From: Podarcis muralis
Lineage: Eukaryota
NCBI RefSeq assembly: GCF_964188315.1
Contig: NC_135668.1
Location: forward strand, 37,882,001-37,946,000
Length of the DNA: 64,000 nt
Reading direction: 5' to 3'
In this document: positions 11,161 to 24,103 of the stretch, piece by piece
Layout: each line of letters begins with the position of its first letter
How positions within the stretch are numbered: the first letter of the stretch is position 1
Notes under the pieces: generated by a model
Seen by the model: only the letters and a program-made list of their open reading frames with translations
The model's database searches: none
What the model was told of the DNA's origin: nothing
Translations under genes and position numbers: made by a program

Positions 11161-12090
11161 GCGGGGGGGGGGCAGGAGGGGGAGGGTTGGAGAAGCAGTG
11201 TTGTTGCAAAGAGCACCAGATAAACTTCAGTGTTGCATCTTGGATGACCAGGATGTGACTGAATACCACCCTAAAATTGTGGCAGTCTGCAAGCGCCCAT
11301 ATACTAACTTGCCTGTTCTGCTGGGGGGGGGGGGGTGCGTGCGTAAATACATAGGCGGGCTGGCAGGCAAAAGGAGCAAGAGTTGAAGATTCAGTATGCA
11401 GAATACACGTGCGAGAATATATCTGAAGGAATCGAGATGTTATTTCTTTCACTTTACGAGGGAGCAGAGAGTGTGGACCGGTTTGTTTTCTTTGAAAAGT
11501 GTGCATGAATAATAATGGGGTGAATGGAATCTAGATCTGATTCCTTCTGCTTTCCAAGGGAGGAGGTTTGTGTTTGCAAAGTGCGTGTGTGTGTTTGCGT
11601 CTACCATCCACACGCCAAACCGACCCTCAAATCCCACGGAGGCAGAGAGCCCAGTGAAGGTGGATCAAGGCAGACTTCCCTCCACATCCTCCAGGCCTCC
11701 AGTGCGACTTGAAAGACTCTGCCAGGAGCCACAGATACAAAAAGAAGCGAATCCAAAAACTTTGGGTCAGGCGGGGATTTTTCTCTTGTGGGGTTTGTGC
11801 TGGGAAATTTTCTCCACCTCTCCCATGATTAAAGATTCCCTCCTCTCCTCCCCCCACGTCTTTTCTCTCTCCCCCCCTTTTCTTCCTTCCTTCTTTCTTT
11901 CTTTCTTTCTCCCTCCCTCCCTCCCCTTTCCCATTTTTGCCATACGAATAGCTGGGAGCTGCCAGGCATGTGACAAAATCTTCCTTATAGGGGCAGGAGT
12001 AAACTAAGGCCGTGTGATGGACGCCCTAAGGCCAGACTTGCAGACAATATATACCTACCGCACAATCTCAAACGCTTCTCATTTTCACAG

Positions 12091-12160
12091 AGAGAACATC
12101 AGGCAGAGCACAGAGGGAGAGGGGGAGAGAGGCAGCAGAGACAGAAGGTCCTGCTTCAAG
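12091..12160 (+). other. Candidate non-coding exon or first exon of PRR35
   Basis: ttctcattttcacAG| then 70 nt then consensus donor CAAG|GTAAGA, downstream of a repeat-free, pyrimidine-rich promoter-like block (11520-12090). Sequence signals only. Confidence 0.35.
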
Positions 12161-13322
12161 GTAAGACACTTTGTGCTGGTCCCCCCCCCCCCTTAAGAAG
12201 GAGGTTCCAGGAGGGCTGGAATGGAAGGCAACTTTTAGGAGCAAGTGAGGCAGCAAGTGTAACAGTATTTTAAGTTCCAAATTCTACCTGGGTGGGTTTT
12301 CTGGGGGAAATCTCTCTTCTGGAAAAGTGTGTGGGAACAGATTTTGGAACAATACTGGCCCTCTGCAGAAGTGAGATGAATGGACTTTGCAGAAAGCATA
12401 AATACAAAAACTTCCCTCCACCTCCCCTACCTTTTATGTAGTTTCTTAAGTTCTCGTGGCATTACAGAAAAATGTGGGAAATGCAAACAAACAGATCGAA
12501 CTTTGGGCTCCTTCCTGGCACGTCCTCTGGGCAGAGCTTACCCTGAATGTGCAAAATGTGATTCCTCTTCTTGTGCATTAAGTAGCCTGCTTAAGAAACC
12601 CGATTGTCAATCCCTAATGAGATTCCTACCTTTCGAGGCAACCCCATTGTCAGGGCTATTGATCACATCAAAATACTTTTTTTAAAAAAATACTTTTGCC
12701 TAGGTATGGAATTTACTGATTTGAGCACCTTTCTCTCTTTAAAAGCTTATTATTAGAGGTATTTGTTTGGGTGAAACTAAAAACTACTGATTTTGCCTGG
12801 TTGAGTCATTCTGAGAGCATTCTGCTTATTGCCATACTTGATGCCCAAGCTGTTGGGTGGTTTGCCTTGGCATCTGCTGCTTCGAGTTTCTGACTTTAGT
12901 TAGATTGCAAACTTAGCTTAAACATGGCTTCTTCACTCCCCCCCTTTTAAAAACAATATTCTCACAGATCCAGAATTGAAAGACTTATTTAGAATACGGA
13001 TTGTTTTAGGTTCCTGGGTTGCGGTTGTGCATGGAGTTACATGGCTTAAATCCTTCTGAAAAGTCAGCAGGATTTCGTTATGTACAGGATTGCAACTTTG
13101 GTCTTTAACAGCAGTTATTCCAAAGAGGATGCTTTCCTAGTCTGCTTGTGTGTATAGGCTAAAAATATACATGCAATTAGAATTATAGAATTTTAGAGTT
13201 GGAATGGAACTTGGAGGTCATTTCACGCAGCCAACTAACTGCTCAGTATTGGACCTTGGAAATATGACATCTCATCCAGCTTCTTCTTAGGAATATGGGA
13301 GTGGAAAGCTACTTTAAACTGA

Positions 13323-13490
13323 GTCAAACTATCAGTCCAGCTGGCTCAGTGCTGTCTGCACTGACTGGCAGTGGCTTTCCAGGGTTTCAAACAGGGGTGT
13401 CAGCCAGCCTTACCTGGAGATGATGCCAGGGATTGAACCCGGGACCTTCAAAGCAGATGCTCTGGCACGAAACTGCAGCCCATCCCTAAA
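13323..13490 (-). mobile_element. Squam3-like SINE
   Basis: Reverse of the consensus (gactggcagtggct...gggattgaacccgggacc). Confidence 0.68.
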
Positions 13491-14242
13491 TCCCTCCAGC
13501 TTAAATCCCTCCAGTGATGGAGAATCTGCCTCCTCTGCAAGGCAAAGCAACCCCTCTCGGGAGGTTTCTCCTAACATTTAACCAGAATTGGCTTCCTTAT
13601 TTGCATATAGCATATGCATATAGTCCTTCAGAGGCCAAATTGTGCCTAGTAAGCCACAGGTGATATTCCAAGGCAGTTTGGGCAGCTTCGTCAACCTCTG
13701 CAGCAGCTGCTACAGAGAACACCCTTCCTGGAATTGCTGGCCCGCTCAATGCTAAGCCAAACCAAGTCTTAGTGGGAAAAGGGGAAACACACGCATTCCC
13801 GGACCAAATATCACAGCTGCCGTGCTTTCCCTTCACCCCGGTTGCTTCTGCACTACTCAGGGCTAAGCCATGGTTTGACTTAGTGTTGTATCCCAACCTG
13901 GGCTTTTGGTTTGTCTGGACTGAAACTTCAACCTCCATGGATGCTCCTCATGGAACCAAGGGGACTTCGAAGGTAAAGGGAGGCAGTGGCTGTTAGGGAA
14001 TTGGAAGGGGGCTGTGTTTGGAAGGTCCCTGGAGTTGGTCCCACTCGCAGTTTCAGCATGTTGATGGATGACTTTTGCATCACTTTTTATGGCAGCTGGG
14101 GGACCCCTGTGTTTTGGTGGGAACTGAGGGGGAAAGAGGCAGAAACTGTTGGGTTTTGATCAGGAGGGGTCGCAGCGCCTGTGCTTTTCTTCTAGAAGAA
14201 AAAATGTGCCGGTACTGCGTACTTTTGGGTGCCCCCCAGAAA

Positions 14243-14612
14243 TAAAGCACTGCATAGCACCTTCTTTGCATGCAGAAAATTTAATCTCTGGCATTAGGTA
14301 GGGATGGGAATGCAACTTCCATGAAGCCCTGGAGAGTTGCTGCCTGTCTGTGCCAACAACACTGAGCTAGATGGAGCAGCTGTCTGACTTTGGTATAGGG
14401 CAGCTTCCTTTGTTAGCAAAGGACCACGGCTCAGTGGCAAAGCCTCTGCCTTGCATGGGGAAGGTGCCCGGTTCAATTCCCCTGCATCTCTAGGTGAGAC
14501 ACGGAATGATGTGCCTTACATGAAACCCCAAAGAGCTGCTGCCAGGCAGTGTGGACAATACTGATGCAGATGAGCCCAGTGGTCTGACATGGTGCAAGGC
14601 AGCTTTCTTTGT
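14243..14612 (+). mobile_element. Two head-to-tail Squam3-like SINEs (14243-14412, 14423-14612)
   Basis: Two successive heads and gagctagatgg/gcagcttcc tails. Confidence 0.7.
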
Positions 14613-17096
14613 GCTTGCGGGTATAGGTTTTGCAGAAAGGGAGAAGTCCAGGGATGACTACAAGATGACCTTTACAAAGGGATTGCAAGCAATGTGCAGG
14701 GCTGGCTGTTTGACTCTGATTTCAGATAAAGATTTTGAGATGTCAGTTTTGGCTCAGGGATTATTTTTTATTGGGTTTTATATTTTTTTAAAAAGGAAGG
14801 TAAATAAAATAAATGATACAAATAAATAGACCGAGTCTTCTCCTATCATTTGTATATAACAAAAAATGCATGCTAAATCTGCAGTAATATCTTAGACATA
14901 CGCTTTGTTGCTAGTGGCCAATGTACAAGTTATAGAGATCGCCTTTATATATCATTTAGGTGTATACCCAGGATGTCTGAAGTGTGTTTGCTTTCACCCA
15001 TGGCTCAGTGGGGATTGTGTAGCCCCCGACAGGGAGGTGGAAGCTTTTCAATTTGTGCAGGGACATCACTGCTGCACTCCCTGAGGAATTTCAGCTCAGT
15101 CAAATAAGTTGCCAAATGTTGTGAATAAGAGCAGAAATAGGGCCAGTTTACTAATAAAGTGGGTTGGGAAGACATAGAGCCAGACGAGGATCACTGTTAG
15201 CCCATGATACAGCCTACTAGCCTCTGTCACTGAATGGAACCTCCATGTGCAAATGAAGTCTACCACGGAATGCCAGTTTCTTGAGGACAACAGCTAGGGA
15301 GGACTGTTGATGCTGCCACCATGCCCTGCTTGTGGGCTTCTCAGAGAGACTTCTGATTGGCTACTGTGGGAGTAGGATACTGAACGGGCCTTTGCTCCAA
15401 CCCAGCAGGTCCAACCTTGCTCCTGTCCTTTTGTCAGGAGAAACATCACGAATCCAGCAAAGCTCTAGTGAAGCAATTCTGCTCCCCCTTTCTCTGCTTC
15501 TTCAGCCTGGGAGACGCATCCTGAATTCTGGAGCCCTGCCGCACAAAGGCCACTTAACCTTTCTCCTTCTGCAGTGTTTCCCTGCAACCTGTCGCTTTTT
15601 CGCTGCTGTTTTACACCCGCACAAACCCCTGGTTCAATTTTTGTCTATAAGCACAGGAGGGAATTGCACCGTAAACAGTTATCTCACAGCGATGGACCGT
15701 GTGATAGGTATGGCAAAATCTCTGGGAATCCCTGATTTTACAGGAAAACGAAGCGTCGGCACGATAGCCCATCAATGAACCTGCTGTGGTGCCACCTTTG
15801 GTTTTGGTTATAATGAGGAATGCCATTTAAGGAATTTAATTAAGCAAGCAGCTTGGTTTTTAGACCCAGGGAGCATGTTTGGGGTAAAGGAAAGAATCAA
15901 TAGGAAGAACTCTTGACGGATTTTGGGGAGACAACGTCCTCTTTTGGCGCTCCCCCCATCTGCTTGGTGTGCGGTTGCTTCCTCCTTGCCGAAACCAGCC
16001 TTTTGCCGTTTCGGTTGCCGCTGTTCAGTGTTTCAGAGTGCTGGCAATGTGTCCCAAGTTGCCGTACAAATAGAAGTCCTATCCAAATCCAGTTTAGGCA
16101 GGCAAGTTTGCAAAGGAGATGCTGTACCACTGAGCTGCAGCCCTCCCCTCGAAGTGATTGCAAAGACCCAGCTAGGTTAGTGGGAAGGCAGGTGAGGGGT
16201 GCAATGGCATTATTAGGATACTATTCTGTGTACCAGAAGCATTTGAAACATTAGTGTAGGGCTGTGTTTGCCTGCCAGATATCACAAAGATACTTGTCGA
16301 GACTGGTATTTGTCTGCTGCTGGTTTTTTTTAAAAGCTGTAATCACCACCAGAGTCCAGTTGCAGCATTAGATGCTTATAATCCATAGTTCCATGAAATG
16401 ATCTACGAACATCTCCCATTTCCAGTGGCTCCATGTCCTGCTTAGATTCCACGGCAATCTTAAATGCTCTAGGAATATCTGGGTCCCAGGGAATCTGGAT
16501 CTGTTCTGGTGACAAGTGGCCGATGTATAATCACACATCACATCAGTGCTCTTAGCAGCGTAACCTTTTCTACGAAACCATTTGAACCTACCCGGGCGTG
16601 GAGAGATTAAAACACTTAGCGTATGCAGGCACAAGCGATCAAGCAGCTTAAAACAAAACAAAATGGGACAATACAAGGGCATCTGCCATCTTATGAACCT
16701 ATACAAAACCTCTCTTAGCATTTTCATGAAGGAATATGTCTGTGCGTAGCTTGTTCTTTCCAGTAGCTCAGAGTTCGGGTTGTTGTTGCTTATTTATTTG
16801 TGGTGAGGTGCAAGTAAGAGGAACACACCACTGTTTCTTACCGCAAACCCTTTGCTATGTTCAGAGATGATGCATCCAGGTATGTTGCTAATAATTATAA
16901 TTTAAATACTGCTGCATCCATGTAGATGGAGTCTTATGGAATTTCACAGGTTAAAAAAAAATATAGGTCTCTGCTCTCCAGGAGCTTGCAGTCTAAAACA
17001 GTGGGGGATGCAAGGGAGGGAGAAAGAGACAAAGAGAGGGAGGCAAGAGAGCGGGCAAGGGCAGTTTCATGCGCACAACGCTTGATTCCAGTTGGG

Positions 17097-17300
17097 AAAG
17101 GGGGAGAAATTTGTTTCAGTTCACATTTATAGGTGAATCTACCTAATTCGCATTTTCCAAAGCAACATGCAAACTGAAACGAGATTCACCCTTCTCAGAA
17201 TTTTGCAATGCAGTTCTTCAGCCAAGCATTGTGCTCAAAAATGCATATGCTAAGTAAAGTGTGCATAAAAATGCATATGCTAGTGGAAAATAACCTTGGT
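17097..17300 (-). mobile_element. TAGGGATG hAT-like element fragment
   Basis: gggggagaaatttgtttcagttcacattt...ttttgcaatgcagttcttcagccaag, reverse of the 3' part of 43690-44105. Confidence 0.5.
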
Positions 17301-17302
17301 AA

Positions 17303-17341
<39 letters not shown>
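17303..17341. repeat. (ATT)n microsatellite
   Basis: Direct read. Confidence 0.95.
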
Positions 17342-17474
17342 TCTAACCCACCTTTTTCCCTGATGGGACTTAACGTGTTTACAGATAAAAATAAGAGCTG
17401 CAAAAAACATAGAAAAATCTATTACTGAAAAACAATTAAACATGTAAACAATTAAACATTGAGAGAATCATAAC

Positions 17475-17476
<2 letters not shown>

Positions 17477-17508
<32 letters not shown>
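17477..17508. repeat. (GT)n microsatellite
   Basis: Direct read. Confidence 0.95.
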
Positions 17509-17511
<3 letters not shown>

Positions 17512-18156
17512 CCCCCCTCCACAGAGAGGTTTTGGGAAAACAGGAGAGAGAAGTGTGGATAACAGGAATTGTAGTCCAAAACATCTGGAGGGCAGCTTGT
17601 TGGCAAAGACTGCCCTACAATCCTCGTACTTTGCATACAGTATCTATGAGATATGTATTCCATATTTTAGATTTTCCTCTCATGGCCTCTTGCAGTAAAA
17701 ATTACTCATCCTTTGTTTAATGGGAGAGGTGCTGAATTTATGGGACGTGTAGAAGCAAACTTTGAGCCAGTGGGTTTTTAACAAAGCAAAACAAAAGCAT
17801 ATCTAGCCCTTCCAATGAGCAGTTAATTAATTTGAAATAAAAGGCTTATTTGGTTCTGTTGATTACCGACTCCATTACTGTCAACTGGTATCACGCCTTC
17901 AAACCGTGAACCCGGTGACCCCTTCCTAGTGAAAGCGGAGTTAAAAGGGGGCCGCTGTGAAACATGGAAAATATTGTAGGCTGAGGTTTGCACAACTGAA
18001 AAACAGGAACTCTTAAGCTCCTTGCTCCCAGCAACCCTGTGAAATATGGGCACACACTGTGGACAGAGGGAGTCACAGAAAGTTGAATGTCAGCTGGAAA
18101 AGAAAAACAAAAAACCGAAGGACAGGTGGAGAATGATTTCCATGACAACTTATAAG

Positions 18157-18328
18157 CAGTGCTTTTTTTCTTAAAAATGTTTAGGGGTACTCTCATTTTG
18201 ACTCAGGAAAATCACCATTTTATAGTTCAAATTGGGAAACATAAATACAGCAAATGGACAAAAGTACAAGGATTCACAAAATGTTTAGGGGTATGTGTAC
18301 CCCTGCGTACCCCAGGAAAAAAGCACTG
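18157..18328 (-). mobile_element. hAT MITE, same family, reverse orientation
   Basis: CAGTGCTTTT...AAAAGCACTG TIRs; 8-bp TSD cttataag/tttataag. Confidence 0.85.
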
Positions 18329-19014
18329 TTTATAAGTATCCTGGAACACGTAGTTGGCTGGAATCCGCATTAAGAGCACTACTCCTAATGTGCAGCCATC
18401 GGATTGGGACTGCAGCACTGAGAGAGCGGTACTTAACCCTCCCCCCTGCCGTGCCATTTCCCGAATGAAAACCCGCCCCCTCCTGCCCCGAACTTCTCTG
18501 CAGAGCAAAACATAGAGGGGACCCATTTTTACCCCTCTCCTAATCCCAACCCCTCCTTCATAGTTGCAAGTAGCAGTAAGATATTTCAAATCTGCAGGAA
18601 ATCCTGTCTGCGAGAAATCCTGGCTATGACCCATATCACCTCGATACGGGTAGATCCTAGCGCTAAGAATTGCTGCTCTTTCTCAGTGAGCTGCTACGGT
18701 GGAACTTCCATGGCTGTTCCACTATTCCGGTGATATTGTGCTGTTCTTTCTCCTTCTCTCCCTTTTTGGCATATTCACCTTGCAGCACTACATCCACAGC
18801 AGTGGGCTGTGATGGTGCAGCTGCTGGGAGTGCAGAAGGGGAAGGCCCAATTCAGCCAACTGGCAATTTGGAGAGAGCGATCCTTAATATATTTTTTTAA
18901 TTTTAAAAATCCCCAGTTATTTATTTATCACTGGGTGCTTAATTCATTTGAAGCATGATTTCTCACTGCTCCCCAGGAAATGCCGAAAAGCAAAAAGAGA
19001 AGAAGTATGGGTTT

Positions 19015-19345
19015 CTCCAGATGACCTGTTTTGTAGAGCATTCATCCTCATTTGACTATGTGTGCTCTTTATAACATAAGGAGAAGGGGACGACAGAGGA
19101 CGAGATGGTTGGATAGTGTTCTCGAAGGTACCAGCATGAGTCTGACCAAACTGCGGGAGGCAGTGGAAGACAGGAGTGCCTGGAGTGCTCTGGTCCATGG
19201 GGTCATGAAGAGTCGGACACGACTAAACGACTAAACAACAACAAGCTCTTTATAAAGCATTCATCCTGCAGTGAGAGGATGTGGCAACGGGCATTCATCC
19301 TGCAGCCATCCAGATTTGCTTGTGCGGTGGTTAGCTGTCTTCCTG
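19015..19345 (+). repeat. Unassigned dispersed module, copy 2 (split by Bov-B)
   Basis: ccagatgacctgttt..GAGCATTCATCCT at 19036; GCATTCATCCT again at 19257 and 19291. Confidence 0.6.
19078..19244 (+). mobile_element. Bov-B short 3' end
   Basis: gagtcggacacgactaaacgactaaacaacaacaa; TSD GCTCTTTATAA at 19064-19074 and 19245-19255. Confidence 0.9.
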
Positions 19346-19780
19346 TTAATTGTTCGTTCATCCCACACTATTCAGTGCATCATCCCCCTCCCATCATTTT
19401 CCAGCAACAAACCTCACTGTGGGGATTTATTTGAAGTGCATTTGTTGTGTTAGTCTTGTGTTAAATAGCAACAGAGCGTTTTAATCCACTTGAACTGCTC
19501 CAGACTGGATTTCCAGGATGCGACTGAATCCTCGCCACAAAATGCAGGCAATCTGAACACTTATTCTGTTTTGGATCACAAGTATAGATTGGAATTGTCT
19601 AGTTAGGGGAGGTGGGGAAAGTTGCTTAAAAGGACGGGGGCAGCAAAAGATTTCCAGTGGATGGAGCAAAGATGAGGAAAGGTTGCAGCATCTGGGACCT
19701 CCTTAGTTTAGGGAAAAGGCAAGTCAGAGGTACCAGGCTAGAAGTTTATAAAACGATGCATGACATGGAAATAGGGGATA

Positions 19781-20011
19781 CAGTGGAACCTCGGGTTATG
19801 AACCGTCCTCCTTACAAACGCTTTGGGTAATGAGCTCTGCTAACCTGGAAGTAGGTGCTCCTGGTAGCGAACTTTTCCCCGGGATGGGAGCAGAAGTCGC
19901 GCAGCGGCGGCAGGAGGCCCCATTAGCGAAAGCGCACCTCAGGTTAAGAACAGTTTTGGGTTAAGAACGGACCTCCGGAACGAATTCAGTTCGTAACCAG
20001 AGGTACCACTG
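19781..20011 (+). mobile_element. Tc1/mariner-type (pogo/Tigger-like) MITE, divergent subfamily
   Basis: TA|CAGTGGAACCTC...GAGGTACCACTG|TA; TA TSD. Confidence 0.8.
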
Positions 20012-20034
20012 TAGAGGATTTTTTTTCTCCCTCT

Positions 20035-20392
20035 TTCGTAACACTAGAACTCATGGACATGCGAAAAGAAGGGCTTCTTCACGTGACACGTAGATAAACT
20101 ATGCAACTCCCTCCTTCACCACCAACTTGGATGGCTTTGACAGAGGATTGGACAAATTCTTGGAGGTAAAGGCTATCCATGGCTTCGCCCAATGATAGCT
20201 AAGTTCTGCCTCCATAGTTGGAGGAAATGCTTCTGAATTCCAGTTGCTGGAAGCCACAGAAGCAGAGAGTCCTCTTCTGTTTAGGTTCTGCTTGCAGGGT
20301 TTGCATAGGCATCTGGCTGGCCCGTGTGAGTACGGGATGCTGGACCAACTGGGCCATTGGCCTGATCCAGCAAGACTCTTCTTATGTCCTCA
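20035..20392 (+). mobile_element. CR1 LINE 3' fragment
   Basis: Homologous to 9640-10016 (aacactagaactcatggac...gatggctttg...cttcttatgtcct). Confidence 0.72.
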
Positions 20393-21122
20393 TTGCCCTT
20401 CCCAGCATTTTTTTTTAAAGTGTTATAGCGCTATAACATTCTTTTAGGATGCTTCCAGGTTGGTGTTTCTTGTGGGCCCAGTCCTTCTCATGCGTTCCAT
20501 CTCCGTAGAAAACAGAACCACACCCTCTTGCTAGCAACCTGCTTGCAATAACTCAGTGACCCATTTGTTGGAAGCATCCTTAAGCCATATTTTTTATATT
20601 TTTTGAAAAGAATAACCAGAAAGAATTTTTTTAGCAGTAATTAGAAGATTGGCTAAGAAAACCAAGAGGGTGATAAAAATGGAGCCCACCGCAAAGGTTC
20701 TAGTGCGGGGATCATCAGTATGGATGGCGTACAATGAGCCCAAAGAGATCTTCCTTGGTGCCCATTAGACTTCAGAGAACGCTGTCATGTGACATGGCAC
20801 CAGTGATAGCTGGTGCCCATTGGGACTAGTAGGGCAGAAGGCAGGGGGACCAGGGGAGGGCATCTGCTTTGCATTCAGAAGGTCCCATGTCCAGTACCTG
20901 GCACCTCCAGTTAGAACAGGTGTCATGGATTAAAATCTGGCTTAACGCAAAGCAGGATTATTAGCATCGAAGATGGTGCACGATGCAGAGAGGGGGCTGA
21001 GGGAGGAGCCTGAACATGGCTGATGTGGGTGGTTTATGGGTGGGAGGAGACCCCAAATTATGGTTTTAATTTAGTAGAAGATCCGTCACATCCTTTAACA
21101 GGGTGCTGCCGAAAAGCATATA

Positions 21123-21348
21123 CAGTGGTACCTCAGGTTACAGACGCTTCAGGTTACAGACTGCGCTAACCCAGAAATAGTACCTCATGTTAAGAACTTT
21201 GCTTCAGGATGAGAACAGAAATTGTGCAGCAGCAGCGCGGCGGCAGCGGGAGGTCCCATTAGCTAAAGTGGTACCTCAGGTTAAGAACAGTTTCAGGTTA
21301 AGAACGGACCTTCAGAACGAATTAAGTTCTTAACCCGAGGTACCACTG
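21123..21348 (+). mobile_element. Tc1/mariner-type MITE
   Basis: TA|CAGTGGTACCTC...GAGGTACCACTG|TA, ~226 bp, non-coding. Confidence 0.88.
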
Positions 21349-22035
21349 TACTGTCTCCCCCAAGAAGAGTAGAGGAGAGAGTTGACAAAATGATGCAAAA
21401 GTCAAAGTGTGACGCTAGAGTTGAGGTCTTCAAAATGGTTCCTGAAGGCACCACAATGCCCTCAGTCACCCCCTTGGCTCCTACCAAGCCTCTCTACCCC
21501 TTCACATTTTTTCGAGTTGTTTGGCTTGTTTATACAGGTTGCCTTTTGAGGGGCGATTCTTGTTCTTTGCCTGTGTGTTCTTTATTTAGTGGGGTTGTTT
21601 TGCCTGTTGTGGGTGCGCATTGCTGCCGTTTCTTTCGTGAAATGGATAGTTTGTTTACTTACTTGCTTATTGCTTGCGTTTATACTACTTGGGGTGAAGA
21701 CTGTGGTGTCTTTACACTATATGGCTTATTTACGCATATAGGTGACCTGAGCCTACGATGGAGGGGTTCAGAGCATCAGCACCCTAAGAGGGTCTTGTTT
21801 CTCCCATAGCCGCAGCCTTGGATTCAAAGGGAGATCAACCCATTGCTGTGGCTCTCTAGCTTTTCAGCTAAACGCATCACAATACTGTCTTTCTGCCGAG
21901 GTATCTGAGGCACGGTTTGCAATGTTAAAATATTAATACAAACAAACAGTACAAAATATTCTTCACTCGCCCCCTGGCCTGGGCTTCTCCTCTCCTGCCT
22001 TCCCCCAGGGTGTGCAAGTCTTGGGTAGCCCCAGG

Positions 22036-22300
22036 TAGGTATGGGTGAATCTGTCATTTTCAATTTCTCTTTGTTTCTCGCTTTCCCCATCTTCAAGTCA
22101 GTTCTCCATGTTTCCACATCGGTTTGCATTAAATAAATAAATAAAAAGCCTTCCTAAAAATTCGTCAGCATTTGAGCATGAATTTATCCTTATACGCATA
22201 TTTTTATATGTAGTTTTGCCTTCTATGCAAGTTTTCGCTAGCTATTTGCCCCAGTATAATGCATTTTCATGAACAGGTGCATTGCTATGCAAGCTATACC
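22036..22300 (+). mobile_element. TAGGGATG hAT-like element fragment
   Basis: taggtatgggtgaatctg...cagttctccatgtttccacatcggtttg. Confidence 0.5.
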
Positions 22301-23312
22301 TAATAGAGTCATTTTAAAAAAAATAATTACGAACAATACAAATACACAGGGAAGAATGGTACACAGAAAAGGAAGTGATTAATTAATCCTTTGCCAAAAA
22401 GAAAACCCGTAGTTTGAAACCAAAGAAAATAATAAATAAGGTCTTACATCTCCCTCAAACTTTTCATTCCAAGAGGGTATAAAAATTGCCAATTTCTCTA
22501 CAAAGTATGTGCATGCTTGTACATATTCTGTGGCAGGATAACATGCGCTCCTGCGAGGTAGGCCAGGCTGGGAGGTCGTGACTGGCCCAAACTCATCCAG
22601 TGAGCTGCATAGCTGAGTGGGGATTTGAACTCTAGCCTCTCAAGCCCCAGTCTAACCATTATACCACATTATGAACAGATTTTCTCCCATATTCCTAGCC
22701 CCAGTGAAGTGGAGTGTGGGGTGCCCCAAGATTTTTTTTCAGACCTTTAATGGATCCTCCAGGAGCTGGTGGGTATTTATTTATTTTATTTATCTATTTA
22801 GCAAGATTTATGTACTGCTTTTTTTATAATGGTGTGAAATAGACATCAAAAAATCCTAAAACAGCCTTTAAAACAACAGACATAATAAAATCATCAAACT
22901 TTACGTAAAATCAAGGAATTTTAAAAATAAATGTAGGTAATGAAATGTCTGTATGTCTGGGGAGTCTTGCCTAAACAAATGTTTTTTCTAGCTGATGCAA
23001 AAACAAAACGAAAAAAAAAAACCACAACAGTACAACAAAATAGCCTGCTTAGTATTAATCGGCAGGGGGTTTCAGAGAGTAGGTGCTGACACCCTAATTG
23101 ATTGATTTATTGCAAGCAACAGAACAAACATGGTGCGAAACTGGTAAAACCTTCAGACGAGGTCATGAGCTTCCCTCCACGCACACAGGTTGCATTTTCA
23201 CCCCATGTCCAAAATGGAGATCAGTCCAGCAAATCTGATCTGTATTCACTGCTGCTGTTGCTTTGAGTCCACAAATGATTCGCACATTTGCATTGTGTTT
23301 CGCCAAATCACT

Positions 23313-23425
23313 GAATTGTAGAGTTGGAAGGGACCCTGAGGGTCATCTAGTCCAACCCCCTGCACTGCAGGAACATTTTGTGCAACGTAAGGCTCGAACC
23401 CACAACTCTGAGATTTCGTGCCCTA
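23313..23425 (-). mobile_element. Squam2-like SINE, 5'-degraded
   Basis: Same CR1 tail and 3' half of the tRNA head (ctcgaacccacaactctgagatt). Confidence 0.7.
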
Positions 23426-23459
23426 CCTCCGGAGCTGCGCATCCATAAACGAACGGGGT

Positions 23460-23653
23460 GGAATAACTTAACGGCAGCGTAACTTAAGTCATTGATTCTG
23501 TGAACCGCACAATTTAATCATGGTGGACCCTGAGACAAAGCAAGTAGCTTTTGGCAGAAGACAAACTGCAGTGGAACAGGGACGGTGGTGCATGCGGCAA
23601 ATCCAGGGTGGGATGGAAAGCAATGCTTTCTCCCATCCCTAGGTGTGACTCTG
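23460..23653 (+). repeat. Left copy of 194-bp direct duplication flanking L1
   Basis: Aligns ungapped to 24104-24297 with about 19 substitutions by hand count. Confidence 0.92.
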
Positions 23654-24103
23654 ATGGCAGCAAGAATATTATTGGCACAAAAATGGAAGCAAGAAGAATT
23701 ACCGACGAAAGAAGATTGGAGGATGAAATTGATGGACTATGCAGAATTAGACAAACTAACAGGAGGAATTCGAAACCAGCGGGACCAGAGATTCACAGAA
23801 GACTGGTGTAAATTTATGGACTATTTGAAAAGTAATTGTGATGATCAGATTACGTTTGTAGGTTTGCAAGAAGTTTTATGAGGTGAATAATTTGAATTAT
23901 TGCATAATTGGATAAAGAGGAGGATTGTTAGTTAAGATAATTAAAGTCAATATGAATTTAAGAAATGCAGAAGAAATGATAAAAATGGGGGGTCACCAGA
24001 GGTGCTGATGGAAGTCCAAAAAGATTATATAAGATGTGAAGTTTTGTGGTATGTATGATAATTAATATGTTTAAAAATTAATAAAAATTATTTTTTTAAA
24101 AAA
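23654..24103 (+). mobile_element. L1 LINE 3' fragment (ORF2 C-terminus plus 3' UTR)
   Basis: MAARILLAQKWKQEELPTKEDWRMKLMDYAELDKLTG...WCKFMDYL, then AT-rich UTR with AATAAA and an A-rich tail. Confidence 0.85.

Noticed and set aside
1-12000. Terminal exons of CAPN15 expected from synteny
   Set aside because: No calpain-15-like peptide is visible in any frame.
16865-16879. 15-nt microexon (ttcAG|...CAG|GTATGT)
   Set aside because: Signals of this strength occur by chance in 64 kb and there is no other support.
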